The position numbers were made by a program, and so were the translations under genes. Below, piece by piece: positions 25,854-39,660 of a DNA stretch of 64,000 nucleotides. Below the pieces are notes generated by a model. That model saw nothing but the letters and a program-made list of their open reading frames with translations. It searched no databases and was not told the origin of the DNA. The DNA is from Octopus vulgaris (taxonomy: Eukaryota). The stretch is from positions 20,274,001-20,338,000 of the forward strand of contig OX597822.1 of the NCBI GenBank assembly GCA_951406725.2. The letters are read 5' to 3'. Within the stretch, counting starts at the first letter, position 1. Each line of letters opens with the position of its first letter.

Positions 25854-26539
25854 CTGTTAAAGATATTTTTTAATCTACATCATTGGTTGCACGCATTCAC
25901 ACAATAATTCCGTTTACTTCGCTGTTCACATTTTCTTCCAACATTATCCTGTTTATGTTCAGGCTGGACATTGTCCACGTCGGTTTTCTCACTGCAAGAC
26001 TTGCATCATGAAACAAGACACAGTTGTCAGTTATTTTCAACAAGGAAAATACTCACTAGGCCTGCTTAGAAAAATTAGGTAGATTAGAATTCTATCCCAA
26101 CTAACTTATAATTTCTGACGGAAAACAATATTGTTTCCATAAATATAGAAGTGATACTCAGTTGGCTTAATTCCAATGGTTTATTAAGATTTACGTTCCC
26201 AATCCTGAAAGGCTGAAAGAGGTAGCTAAACTCAGCAAGAGTTGTGAAACTTGAAAAGAAAAAAAACATGACAAGAAATCGTATATAAATAACGTATATA
26301 ATTCTCATGTTTATAATATAGTATTTCACTCCTTTCAACAACTTCTCTACCTAAACCAATGCGGAAGCTATAAATTGTTGTTCGAACTAAATGCAGCAGC
26401 TAAATATCCCATAATTCATACTCGCATCTTTAGTAGAAAAAGACAAATTGCATAACGGAATTTGAAAAACATCAACTTTAACTTAGGTCTCTCATGAAAA
26501 CTAGGCTCATCACCCGGAGTTTAACCCGGCTGCCAGGGT

Positions 26540-26750
26540 GTATAAATGACTGAAATTAGAACACACCCTGCTGAACGGGACGCTGATCCGTCGCTGGGTT
26601 AACTCCCCAGCTCTTACTGAAATTCATTTGCTTCTGCGGAAAGTGAAATGAAGTTTCGGCAATATAACACACCGCCAGGACCTGGAATCGAAAACATAAT
26701 CTTACGATCGTTAGTGCAACGCTCTAATCATTAGGCAACGTGCCTCCACA
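26540..26750 (-). mobile_element. Old tRNA-derived SINE
   Basis: Minus-strand head ggaggcacgttgcctaatgattagagcgttgcac...ttcgattcc (decayed A/B boxes). Confidence 0.6.
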
Positions 26751-27439
26751 TAGCACAAAAATACAGAATGACTATGCCTAGAATCTTATTAATCACGGGT
26801 GTGTAGCAGTAGCAGTAGCAGCAGTAGCAGCGAAGACGACTACAACAACAATACTTCTGCCACCCAGTATTGTTTACGGACAGGTTGAGCAGTTGCTAAG
26901 GGTCTTAATGCTAGTGTATGTATGCTGAGGTTGTAATGAAGGGGCTTCAGTGTTTTAAGCGTATAAAACTATTAAGACAGTCCTGCATCTATATAAACTT
27001 ATATTTCAACATATAAAATTACTGTCGAAGCTTTAAAAAAAAAAATGTGTTGAATAACTTTCATAGTTAAATATTAGAGTAGTAAGAGCTACATGTTGTT
27101 CGCTGTCTTTTGACGAATTATATAGCTAGCGTAAGTTACATAATTACCGTCAAATTACTCTCGCCTCGCCTATCTAACATACAATTCCGAACTTTGTCTT
27201 CCGCTCTATCTACGCTGTTCGATCAAAACTAACCTGGAGCTAAACAACACAGAGATCGTCTCAGAGCCTGGTGGAATCGTTTCAAGTTCTTTACATCAAT
27301 TGATTATGTATTTAGGAATTGGATGTTTCTGGATCATCGAACTTCTTAATGATTTGTCTTCTAGTCTCATGATTATATTTTTATCCTAAGTATTTATCGT
27401 TTAGTTGTTTTTCTATTCTTATTATTTATTCATGTGAAA

Positions 27440-27855
27440 GTAGCGAACTTTCAGAATCGTTAGCGCGTCGGACAAAGTGCTTAGTGGCATTTCCCCCTTG
27501 CTCTTTACGTTCTGCGTTCAAATCCACCACAGATCACCTTCACCTCTCATCTTTTCGGGATCCATAGAATGAGGTACCAGTCAATCATAGAGGACGAGGA
27601 AGTCGACTTGCCTCCCCTACTCGAAATTTCTGGCCTTGTCTTAAAATTTGAAATTAAATGCGGCGAACAAAATGTTTAGCGAATATTTTCTTCCAGCTTT
27701 TTCGTTGTAAATTCAAATTCTGTCGAAGTCACCTTTGCCTTTCATTATTTCAGGGTCAGTAAAATAAAGTGTCAGACAAGTACTGCGGTCGATGTAATCA
27801 ACTTGTCTCCCCACACCTCAAATTTGTTGGCCTTGTTGTGTTAAAATTAGAAAGA
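27440..27855 (+). mobile_element. Two decayed Nin/Deu-domain-like SINE copies
   Basis: agaatcgttagc..., tttacgttctg.gttcaaat, ctttgcctttcat, gtcgatgtaatc motifs. Confidence 0.7.
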
Positions 27856-29097
27856 ATTGTTTCTTCGTGTAAAAATCAATATCATTATAAGTTGATGGGG
27901 TTAATATGTAGACATTTTTGGTAATAGAAGTTCACCGAGATGTATGTTCTTTCCACCCAAAAAACATCCTATTCTTTTTAGTTTATATCTTTATCATCAC
28001 AGAAAAATAAAATAAGCCTAGGAAAAAAACGTAGAGAAACCAAATAAATCTCTATTTCGGAATATTTCTATTATTTTTAAATTTCATTTTTTCCCATGAT
28101 TTATATCCCTTGGGCAATCTTTATTGAGAAAGTATTGTATGTTATATCGATCTACAAACGTATCTAGTTTACATTTTCAGATAGAGTTAACAGAAAAATG
28201 TTGAGTATTTTTTATGATATTCTCTATTTTCTGTTAAATAGAATTCGATCGGTTTTTGGACATGTTTATTATAAAATTCTTTATTCTACTTTAACCACAA
28301 TGTACGCAATTGTATTCTCCAGACGTTCCTTTACAGTTACATTAAAACCTATATTCTCATTTTCTCATTCAATTTTACAGATAAGGCTTATGAAAATACA
28401 GTGATTACCACATTATCAGTGAACTGCTATTTTGCAATATTATTACAGTGGAAATCTATTTATATCTTATTAAACAACCATCCTGCAATAATATTGCTGT
28501 TATAAGCGGCGAGTGGACAGAGTTTTTTGTGTATCGAACCAAATGCTCAGCCACATTTCTTATGATAAAATAAGTACCAGCTAAGCATTAATGGCGATAT
28601 CATCAACTTCTTATCCACCTGGCTTTGTGTAAAAAATGAGAAAGAATGTTATTGCAGGTAATAGCAGCGAGTTGGCAGAACTGTTAGTGCATCGGCACAG
28701 CGCATTTCTTCTGGCTCTTTACATTCTGAGTTCAAATTCAGCTGAGATTGACTTTGCTTTTCCTCCTCTCGGGTGTCAATAAAATAAGTATCATTCAAGC
28801 TCTAAGGTCGACGCAATCGGTTCTCTCCCCTCAAATTTATTAGCCTTGTGTCAAAATTACAAAGAATTACTAGAATGATCAACTACATTATTACATTGAG
28901 TAATTATTTTACAATATTACACCGAACATCTATTTACCGCATTAATAACGTAAACAGTTGTATTAAGTGCTTACTGAAATTATACTCTTCATAAATATAG
29001 TGAACAAATATTTTACGATATTATAAGTAACATCTGTTCACTATATTAATCAAGTAAACATCTCTTTACCACATTATTTCAGTAGTAATCATTTCAT

Positions 29098-29434
29098 GTG
29101 AAGGCACATGGCTCAGTGGTTAGAGCATCGAGCTTACAATCGTGAGGTTGTGAGCTCGAATCCTGGATCGGGCTGCGTGTTGTGTTCTTGAGCAAGACAG
29201 TTTATTTCACGTTGCTCCAGTTCACTCAGCTGTAGAAATGAGTCACGACGTCTCAGGTGCCAAGCTGTATCGGCCTTTGCCTTTCCCTTGGATAACACTG
29301 GTGGTGTGGAGAGGGGAGGCCGGTATGCATGGGCGACTGCTGATCTTCCATAAACAACCTTGCCTGGACTTGCCTGGGAGGGTACCTTTCTAGGTGCAAT
29401 CCCATGGTCTGTGTCGTGACCGAAAGGGGTCTCA
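29098..29434 (+). mobile_element. Full-length tRNA-derived SINE (third family)
   Basis: A box TGGCTCAGTGG, B-box-like GCTCGAATCC, then gtgttgtgttcttgagcaagaca and ttcactcagctgtagaaatgagt central domain. Confidence 0.85.
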
Positions 29435-30571
29435 GAATCATTTCTACTATGGGTACTGGGCCTGAAATTTTGAGGAGGGGGCTATTCCATTACTTAGACC
29501 CCAATATTGGACTTCTAGTTATTTTATCGACCTCAAAAAGAAGAAAGGCAAAAATCAATCTCGACAAAATTTGAACTCAGAACTTGGACGAAATGCCAGT
29601 AACCATTTTGTCCGGTGTGCTAAGGATTCCGCCAGCTCGCCCCCATGGTTGGTCACTGTTATAATGTCAACATAATTACACTCTAACAATGTTCACCATA
29701 ATTACAATGAACAACTATTTTACAATATAACATGTAACATCTGTTAACCATAGTATAGTTAACTATTTTTTCACATTATTACTTTGAGCAACTATTATAT
29801 ACTACTGTTACAATCAACAACTAGTTTACTGCATTTTTATAATGAATCCAATGTTTAACACAATCCTTTTACAAATATCATTGCAATGAGCAATTGTTTA
29901 CAATATTACAATTGTAAGCAACTGCTTCCTAATGTTGTGACAGTGAACAAGTAATTTATCACACTTTTTTACAGTGAACAAAAACTTTACCGAATTATTA
30001 CATTTAACAATAATTTCACTATATTATTCTAGTGAGCAAATATTTATCCATATTATTTCATTTAGCAACATTCTAATACATTTTGACTGGGAATTTTTGC
30101 CGGATTATTAAATATCAACTACTATTGTACTACATTAAGTCAGTGAACAATTCTACCACATTATAACAGTTAACTGTTTTTTCCACATTATCAAAATCGA
30201 TTACACATTTATGCGATTATTAGTAAACAACATGATTAACACATGACTACTGTGAACACTGGAGTAGGTGGATTGATAGAATCGGTAGATCGTCGGACAA
30301 ACTAACTACCTTGCTGTATTTCTTGCTGACTTTACGTTATAGGTTCAATTTCCACCGAGTTCAGCTTTGCCTTTCATTCTTCCTGGCACGATAAAATGAA
30401 GTTCCTGTCAAGTACTGGGTTGGATACAATCGGCTAACTTTTTTCCACTTAAACCTCATGTCAATATTAAAAACAAAATTGCAGTTAACTAATAAAATTA
30501 TTTATTTCAGATATTTATATAATGAAAATGTTTAGAAGGAAATTTATAAACACCTTCAGTCCTTTCTTCAT

Positions 30572-30845
30572 CATGTCCTCCGTCTCCCGCTAGATCACCC
30601 TACCAAGACTTTACTCTTATTCGATGCTGCAGATGCAGGCTGGAAGAGGCATCATGGCAGGCCCCGTACCAGATGGCTGGATGTGATTAAAGAAGGTCTC
30701 CAAGGATGGGACGTTACCTAGGAGGATGCAGAGGCATCGGCACGGGACCGCCAGTGATGGAGAACACTGGTCGGCTCTGCGCAAGATGACGTCTCTGGAA
30801 CCACTACCCTGGGATGACCCCATCCCCATCAAGCAAGAAAATGAG
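30572..30845 (+). mobile_element. 3' end of an RTE-type LINE
   Basis: Translates HVLRLPLDHPTKTLL...GWKRHHGRPRTRWLDVIKE...ARDRQ*WRTLV, the C-terminal signature of RTE-like ORFs. Two in-frame stops. Confidence 0.85.
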
Positions 30846-32279
30846 ACAAACAAGCAAACAACTCTTTTTATTGACAAAGTTATTAATTCTTATTAGGCCC
30901 CAGGTCAGCTTTTTCCCATCAGATCTATAAACAAAGTCAAGTAGCCATGATAATGTAGCACATTTAGACAGTAGATGTAGGTCTACATAATCTAGTGTGA
31001 TTTTAAGAGATGGTAGGATGATTTAATGGAGATTTCACTTCTATTTCTAGAAAATTGGCTGCTGAATAGAGACTCCTGTGTTGCTGGAGTGGTCTACTAA
31101 TTCTATATATCAGTTAGAATTTTGTTACAAATTGTTGGCGCTATCTCAAGAATCGCCTTTCAAATTTATTTCTCCTTCCTCCCCAGAATGGTTGCGAGCT
31201 TGCGCCAAACAAAATAATTAACCAATGATGACTTTACCTTTTATTCTTTCGGGGTCGGTAGAATAAGCACCAGTTGAGCTCTGTGGTCGATATAATAGAC
31301 TACACCCTCCCCACAAATTTCGGGCCTTGTGACTATAGTAGAAAGGAAAAACATAGCCTCAGAACTACTTATATTGTGTAAGAATTATTGTAAAGATAAC
31401 TTTATTGGTGAGAATCTTTACAAAATATAACTCAATAGATTTAACATGTTCTATTCGTCTATGTTTTATACATTTTCCATTTTTCTTATTCCTATATGCT
31501 TTCTGAGGCAAAGACTTGTATGTCTTCTGTTTCTCTAATTTAAGCAGTTATGCAGAACATGATCTTAAAGATTAAATCTAAACTGTTTACATTTAAAAAC
31601 AAAAACAAAGAAAAACAAAAAACAACAAAAAACTAACAAAACACAAAAACCCAGAAGTGAACGTTTCTAAGAGATTTAACCATGAAAAAGTATACAAGTA
31701 TACGAAGAGTGATTACAAGAATGATTATTGTTAACTAACCTTTTATTAAATTCCCTTAATTTTATTAGGTTGGATTTTAACATGGTCTTTGTCTTTGGTA
31801 AAAGCATATTTCAACCAAAATTATTCGAAACTGTGTTGGAATAAAATTATCAAACGAGCAATCTGAGAGTTTAGTTGGCAATGAAGATGAAGTATACTTC
31901 TGCAACAGAAAGATCAATTATTGAATATAGTTTATTGAGTCTGCAGTGTTTGTTGTATCTGATCAACGTGGATTTACTTCTCAAGTATAAGAATATGATA
32001 GTATTTGATTCTTGTTAATGGAAAATCTAGAATACATCTGATATATATTACGTCAGAATGCATGCAATATCGATTATGTCAGAATGCATGTGACATTCCT
32101 CATGTTAGAATATATCTGCTATGTGCTATGATTATAGTATATATTTTAATATACCATCCTTTGCAAAACTATCAAAAACTCTCAGGATATATAATTCAGT
32201 AAAACGTTTATTTGTTCCTCTACTATCCGAATCCCAAACCTTGATGCGTTAATTCACACTAACAGTAACAATATGTGCA

Positions 32280-32318
<39 letters not shown>

Positions 32319-33561
32319 CTGTGTATCTGTGTGTGTGTACACATACATATAATATATGCGCATATATATTTATAGGCACACACATAATATATATATACAT
32401 CCATGCATATATATGTGTATGTATGTATGTATGTATGTACACATATGGAAAACAAGAAACTTTTAAAACAAAATGCGTGAGAAATACCATGTGGTTTTCT
32501 TACAAATGATGTCATAAGAAATACAAGTGCGTGGTGCGCTGTAGAAGCGTTGTTGATATTCTATGTTCTAATGTAAATAAAGTTTTGTATGTAAAAGCTG
32601 GAAGAACTGCCGAGACAATTATAAAGAAGACAAAGCTAAAACTTCCTATTTGTGAGTGGAAATAAGATTCGTTTATGACGAGATTCAATCCTCCAAATCC
32701 AGTTTGAGAAAAGGAAAGTATATGAATATCCTTGTTTAACCTTCAGACTTATTCTTTTTCAAATATCGATTACACAAATAATGTTTTTAGATACTCTCCA
32801 GACAGTTTGTCTCAGTGGTTTGACACCAGAATATGGTTATTATTAATGTTATGTTATAACAAAAGATGAAACAGAATGATTAGTATAATATTGCTAATGA
32901 TGATAATTAACTAGACGATGTTACTGAAACGCATACACATCGTTATACAATAGAAAAACAGTTTAAGACCTCAATACAGTGTTTGTGGAAAAACCAATGT
33001 TAATTCTGTAACTATCTCATCTTTATTGTGGACAACTGACCCAAATAATTGATGGTTGTATAAGTGGCAGTCAATTTATCGATTGAACTAAGGAAACTCG
33101 GTTTACATTGGTTTTCATAGTATAAGTACTATTTGTCGATTGCTACTCTTGACAGAAGTGTTACCACTTTTCAGGAGGGATTTGAACTCAGAATGTACAG
33201 GGCACAATCAACACAACGACTCTTAAAAAGATATCACTACTACCAACACTGCCATTAGTAACATCGCCACTACGACTGCTACTAACACAACAGATATATA
33301 GACCCTTACCAGCGGCAACAGTACAATTACCAACATAACCGCTACCAACACCATGACAATCAACTACACCGCAACCAACACCACATCTATCAACACTACG
33401 GATACAAATACCACCATTATAAATATTATCTATATATTCCTCTGTCTGTGAGATAGTAGGAGGAAATTTGAAGATTTGACTGTTAATTGTAGCAAATCAA
33501 GGGGCCACATACAGACTTTTATTGACTCATTTTTTTTTTTACTTGCTGTAAATAATGCAAA

Positions 33562-35089
33562 CTAGCGGGGCCCGTTAATATTTCACAGAATTAATGGTAA
33601 ACCTGCTGAGTTATTTATGAAAATACCTGACAGCGTAGCCTGTGTTGTGTCTGTATGGAAAGACAGTTGCTCATCTGCTACTCATTGAAAAGTGAAACAA
33701 ATTGGAATACGATGATTACTTAATAGACTTTATATATATACTTTATATACTTTATGTACAATTTTATAGACTTAATACACAGCGTTCATAAAATAAATAT
33801 TCACTCTTTTTTTTCCATTTTTAACATAAAGAAAAAATATCCCGTACATATGATACAACCTTTAGTTAAATTGCATATATCTGCCATGTAAATAAGCGTT
33901 AAGTGATAGGTGATATAAAAAAAAACTTAGTTTAATTTAAAACATTCACTTTTCAATATCCAACGACCACCACCATCACCACCCTCCTCCTCTCTCTCTT
34001 CCATTCTTTCCCCTGCCCCTCTCTCCCTTCCATCTTCCTTCTCTCTCTCATTTCTCGCTTTCCCTCCTCTCTATCTCCCCTCCTCTCTCACTCTGTCTTT
34101 CTTGAACCTCGCCATCAGAACATCGCCCCTCTACTAAAATTATACTTTTAACTCTCCTCCTCAACTAGCGTTTTTCAACTAACGTTTTTAACCACGTAAT
34201 AAATATTATGTTCCTCCACATCTCACATCATGGACACTTCCCTTTTTCTTTCTCCCGCTTTCTGCTTCACTTAATACAGTTTATATATAAACACTTTATA
34301 TACCTTATGCACAATTTCATAGACTTAATACACAGCACTCATAAAATAAATATTCAATCCTATTTTTCCATTTTGTCCATCAGCAGAAAAAATATCCCGA
34401 AAATATGATACAACCTTTAGTTAAATTGCATATATCTGCCAAGCAAATAAGCATGAATATTTCACAGAATTACACTTATGCATATGCTTTAAGTAATAGG
34501 TGATATTAAAAAATTAGTTGTTTTAAAAAATACACTTTTCACTATCCACTCACTATCACCTCCATCATCTCTACCACAACCACGCTCATCTCCACCACCA
34601 CCACCACCACCATCATCTCCCTCCCTCTCTCTCCCTCCACCTCCCTCCCTCCTCCTCCCTCTCTCTTCCCCTCACCCTCTTTCCCCTTTCTCTTTGCCTT
34701 TCTTTAACCTTACCCTCAGAACATCACTCGTCCGCTAAAATTATATTTTTTAACTCTCCTCCTTTTTTAACCACGTAATAAATATTACGTTCCCCTCTAC
34801 CTCACGTCAGGATGCTTATCTTTCCCTCTTTTTCTTTCTTTTTCTGTCTCAGTCTTCGCCTTATTCTCTTTTTCTCTTTCCTCTTACTTTCTGCTCTCTT
34901 TCCCTTCAACTAATCACCTGAAAGCGTTACAATTACATTCCTTCTACCTCACTTCATGGAGGCTTCTCTCTCCCTTCCTTTCTCCCTCCTTTTTTCCCTA
35001 TCCTTTTCTTTGTCCCTCTTTTTCTTTAATCACATGAAAGCGTTACCGGCGGATGAAGTAACGCAATGACAAGCAGAATTAGTATAAGA
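33562..35089 (-). mobile_element. Non-autonomous Helitron-like element with internal ~550-bp tandem duplication
   Basis: Minus strand begins A|TCTTATACTAAT and ends GC-rich cgggccccg-CTAG|T. 33750-34215 matches 34303-34793. Confidence 0.65.
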
Positions 35090-36008
35090 TCATTTGAAAA
35101 ATACATTTAGCTTGGGAATTCTGTTAATTATATTGTAAACTTAAAAAATTATAAAACACATAATTAAGCTATACATCTTGGAAAACTTTGCAGTGTTAAT
35201 GCTAGAAAATATTGTAATTATGCTAGAAAGTTATATAAATGGTACACCGCTGACCACAATTTATTCATTATTCCCAGTTAGTTTACCAAGTTACAGGAAT
35301 CATTAATTAATCACCCAACAAATTTGATCTATCTTGAAAAACTGATACAATTCAAAATCTAGAAATGTTTTTTTTTACGGCAAGAAAAGGAAGCAGCTCA
35401 ATAATCGTGCATAAGAATTAACCACTACGTTTCATATTAAATATTTAATATGAACAGATATAGAATCGAGAAAAATATCTACGACACAAGGAGGGAAAAA
35501 ATGAAGTTTAACCTAAAGGGAGGGACTAATTTAGTAACATTTAATTTAATTCATGAGAATTTATTTGATCTAATAAGTGTCAATGATGTTCCTTCTTTTA
35601 AAATATAACGGGAAGTACATAAGTTGTTAAATATATCACAATTAAAATAGGAAAAACAAAAACCGGGGTTATGTTAGATATCCCTGATGAATATGTTTGA
35701 GATAGTTTCCACATATGAATCTATTTGTAACACTTAAAGACACGTCTTGTGTCCTTTAAATAAATGATATTTTTAAATAATATTTATCTCACACCAGATG
35801 GAGTACTTTTTGATGAATTTTTTATCACGGAACAGAACATTATATATATATAAATTTATAACAATAAACCCTTATTGTTATAATTATATATAAAAAAAAA
35901 CTTTTTTTCTATGTTTTTACCGAATATTGTCCTTTTCCATACCGAAAAACTACTAGGTGAAATTTGTTGATTTTAAATTAAATATCTTTCACCCTATATC
36001 TGTAACGA

Positions 36009-36066
<58 letters not shown>

Positions 36067-36071
<5 letters not shown>

Positions 36072-37250
36072 CACTCCATAAATAATGCAGTTTTCTTGAA
36101 CTTAAAGTTGGAGACGGACGTGATAAACTACCTGCATCAATTTGCTATAAAACTGGTAGTAATTTTACCTTTTATTTATTCTTAGTGCAAGTTTTGAAGA
36201 TTTTAACAGTTACTTTTTCAAAGTTATAATGGAAATGAAAAAGGAACATATTCGGTATATTTTGTCTTTATGAGTTCAACGAAACGGAAAGTGCGAGGAA
36301 TATTAATGTAGTATATGGGGATCGGGCAATTAGCCTAAGCCAGTGTCAATGGTGGTTTCAGAAATTCGTCGTCCTGGAAGATATGTAGAGCTCGACGAGG
36401 TCGTCCTGTAAACTCTGGGGGAACGAAGTCCCATCGTAATTATTGAGGAACCAGCAAAGAAGCTTGGATTTGGCCATTCAAACATTCATCGACACCTGCG
36501 TGCCATCGGAAACGTCAGCAAATTGGGTCAATAGGTTCCTCACAAACTTTCCGAGTCTAACCGCGCGCAGAGAGTGAATATGTGCTTTTCTTTGCTGTCA
36601 CATCTCACGAATGAACCGTTTTGCGACCGAATAGTGGTGAGAAATGGGTTCTCTGTAAAAATGTCAAGCGCCGAAGACAGTAGGTAGGGAAAGGAGATAC
36701 ACCGGTACCCCAGGCTAAAGAAGGTATTCACCCGCGTAAGGTGTCGTCATCTGTTTGGTGGGATACGAAAAGTTTAGTCCACTTTGAACGTTTAAACCCA
36801 AACCAAACTATAACAAAGGAGAGATCTACTGTGAGCAACGTGGGCGGCTTAAGTCAGCGCTAGAAGAAAAACGACCATCTTTGGTTTCAAAACGAAAGGT
36901 GTTCTATTAGGATAATGCTCGGCCACATACAGTGAGGATGACTTTCCAAAGTCTAGGGCAGTTTCAATGGGAAACGATGCCCCTCCTGCTGTATTCGCCG
37001 GACATTGTCCCATCTGATTATCATTTATTCCGCAGTCTTCAAAATCATTTGGACGAAAAAAATATGAATTGTGTAGACGAGCTCAGAACAGTAGTGGGGG
37101 TGTATTTTTCGTCGTGGACAAGTGAAATAGATGGAAGAGCATTGTAGAAAATGAAGGGGCGTATATTTTAGATTAAAAACTTTGTTTATCCTAATTGTGA
37201 AAAATTAAAGAAGTATATTGAAAAACCGCATTATTTATGAGATGACTCAG
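36067..37250 (+). mobile_element. Mariner transposon (family A), decayed
   Basis: TIRs gggtcactccataaataatgc / gcattatttatgagatgactc in TA context. Motifs DNARPH and YSPDIVPSDYHLFRSLQNHL. Homologous to 15863-17004. Confidence 0.93.
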
Positions 37251-37877
37251 TATATGTATGCTTGCGTGTGTATGAGAGCTTTCAGTGATTTTTTTCTTCA
37301 ACGCATGAGGTTTCGACCAACTCTAATCCATGACAGAGGATACTTTCCCAGAGCGCTGCACTGTAGGATCGTGCCCTGTTGTTAGAGGAGTACTTCTTAA
37401 CCACATGTCATTATTGTGAAAATTTTGCAAGTTCATGGTAATGGTAACTTATTTAGCTTGGCTAGTGCTGATGTTCAACTAGCGTTAAATAACAGCAAAA
37501 AAATTTTTTCTCACTGGAAGTGAATGCGAATTTTATGTGAAGAGCGATATCTTAATAGAAAAGTGAGAACTCTGTGATGTTAGAACAAAACGGTTTAGTG
37601 AAACATACAGTTTTTATAATATGTTCAGGAAGTTTATTTGCTATCACAATAAAACCATCGTCCGTAAATTGAAGATGTCAATCCTGGAATGATTTGAAGT
37701 ATCTCAGGTGGTTAGAACATAGGCATGAATTATTGGACGGGAACAAGAAAGGAAGCTTAAAAATACACAAGAAAATTCTATTCTTCGAACCTGGGAAATA
37801 TTTCACCACGAGAGAATGTGCATTAAGTGGCCAATTGGCTAAAGCGTTTGACGCTTGTATTGTATATTCCAGCTTTA

Positions 37878-38070
37878 AGGCGGCGAACTGGCAGAAACGT
37901 TAGCACGCCGGGCGAAATGCTTAGCAGTATTTCGTCTTCCGTTACGTTCTGAGTTCAAATTCCGCCAAGGTCGACTTTGCTTTCATCCTTTCGGGATCGA
38001 TTAAATAAGTACCAGTTACGCACTGGAGTCGATATAATCGACTTAATCCGTTTGTCTGTTCTTGTTTCGC
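37878..38070 (+). mobile_element. Young Nin/Deu-domain-like SINE
   Basis: Near-identical to the 1785 copy. Confidence 0.85.
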
Positions 38071-38714
38071 AATCGATAAAATAAGTACAATTTGAGTACT
38101 ATGGTCGATTTACCCCTCACCGAAAATGCTAACCTTGTGCCAAAATTTGAAACCATTATTAGTTCCGATATTTTTATAATCTGAGTTCAAATCCTGTCGA
38201 TGTCAACTTTGCTGCTCTTGTTTCCTGCGTCGATAAGTACAGCATTAGTCTAGAGCAGTAGAATGGAAAACGCGCTGGAACGTTGAACTGAATGTTTTGT
38301 GGTATATATATGTTCCATCTCTTTACGTTTTTCTTTCTACTATACTTCTTGTGTGATAGATTTAATCCTCATTGATATAACAGAACCCTTCGGCCTATTG
38401 GAGAATTTAGTTGCAAGAATTCGAATGGATCTCCGGTTTGAGGTAATTTACTTTTCTCCCTCCCGCAGTCTCGGAGACTTAAAAATGAACGTGAGCATCG
38501 GCCTCCCTTTTCACTAAGTGATTAGTAAAAATTACAAACAATAATTTCTTTGGGTTTCACTGTTAAAATTGGGAAAGGAAAGATAACGATTCTCCTTAAA
38601 ACTACCGGAACTTCAATAGTGTGAGATTCAGAATGAAATATTTTAGAGTGTGAAAATATAATATGATTGTGAAACAGTTATGAAATATAATATCACTAAT
38701 CCTGGAGTGATACC

Positions 38715-38947
38715 TATTTCTTTACTACCCACAAGGGGCTAAACAAGAGGGGACAAACAAGGGCAGACAAACGGATTAAGTCGATTATATCGACCTCAGT
38801 GCGTAACTGGTACTTAATTTATCGACCCTCCAAAGGATGAAAGGCAAAGTCGACCTCGGCGGAATTTGAACTCAGAACGTAACGGCAGACGAAATACGGC
38901 TACGCATTTCGCCCGGCGTGCTAACGTTTCTGCCAGCTCACCGCCTT
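38715..38947 (-). mobile_element. Young Nin/Deu-domain-like SINE with ~15-bp TSD
   Basis: Flanks tcctggagtgatacc (38700-38714) and tcctggactgattcc (38948-38962). Confidence 0.88.
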
Positions 38948-39446
38948 TCCTGGACTGATTCCATCTAAATTATCTATTGGACTTAAACACAGTTACTCTA
39001 ATTGAATCGTAAAATACATGGAAGAGCAAAAACATGCAATCAACATTGCGTTCGGTTACTTCACAGAATGATCGTTATAATTATAATGGATGGTAGTTAT
39101 AAGAATTTATTATGATTATAGTTATAATTAATACTTATAATAGCTGATAGTTATGATTAGTTTCTACAAAAGAAGATAGTTATAATTAGTGTGTATAATG
39201 ATGATAGTTATAGTGTTTATTACGGATCATTATTATTATTTGTGCTTATGAAGGATGACAATTATAATTATTGCTTAAATGGGTGATAGTTATAACTAGT
39301 GTTTATAACGTAGAGATATCTAAAACTTTTAGACGATGAAAAGAAACAGGTGAGATCTTTACAGGAATGCATTTAGTGGTGTAGAGTTTTTCTGAATAAT
39401 ATTTTGACGGCGAATAATATTAATAATAATAATAATATTTAAGACG

Positions 39447-39660
39447 ACGGCGAGCTCGCATAATCGTTAGCACGTCTGGCAAAATGCTTAGCGGCATTTC
39501 GCCCGTCTTTACGTTCTGAGTTCAAAACCCGTCGAGGTCAATTTTGCCTTTAATCCTCTTCAGGTCAATAAAATCAGTACCTCTTGATAACTGAAGTCGA
39601 TGTAATAGACTTACCCCTTCCTCCAAAACTACTGACCTTGTGCCATGAGTCAAAACCAAT
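39447..39660 (+). mobile_element. Nin/Deu-domain-like SINE
   Basis: cggcgagctcgc..aatcgttagcac...ttacgttctgagttcaaa...gtcgatgtaatagactt. Confidence 0.75.

Noticed and set aside
25963-26078. Open frame after the acceptor-like tttatgttcag
   Set aside because: Weak donor and no recognisable protein similarity; consistent with chance.
29103-29175. tRNA gene
   Set aside because: A and B boxes are present but there is no closing acceptor stem, and the sequence continues into a SINE body.
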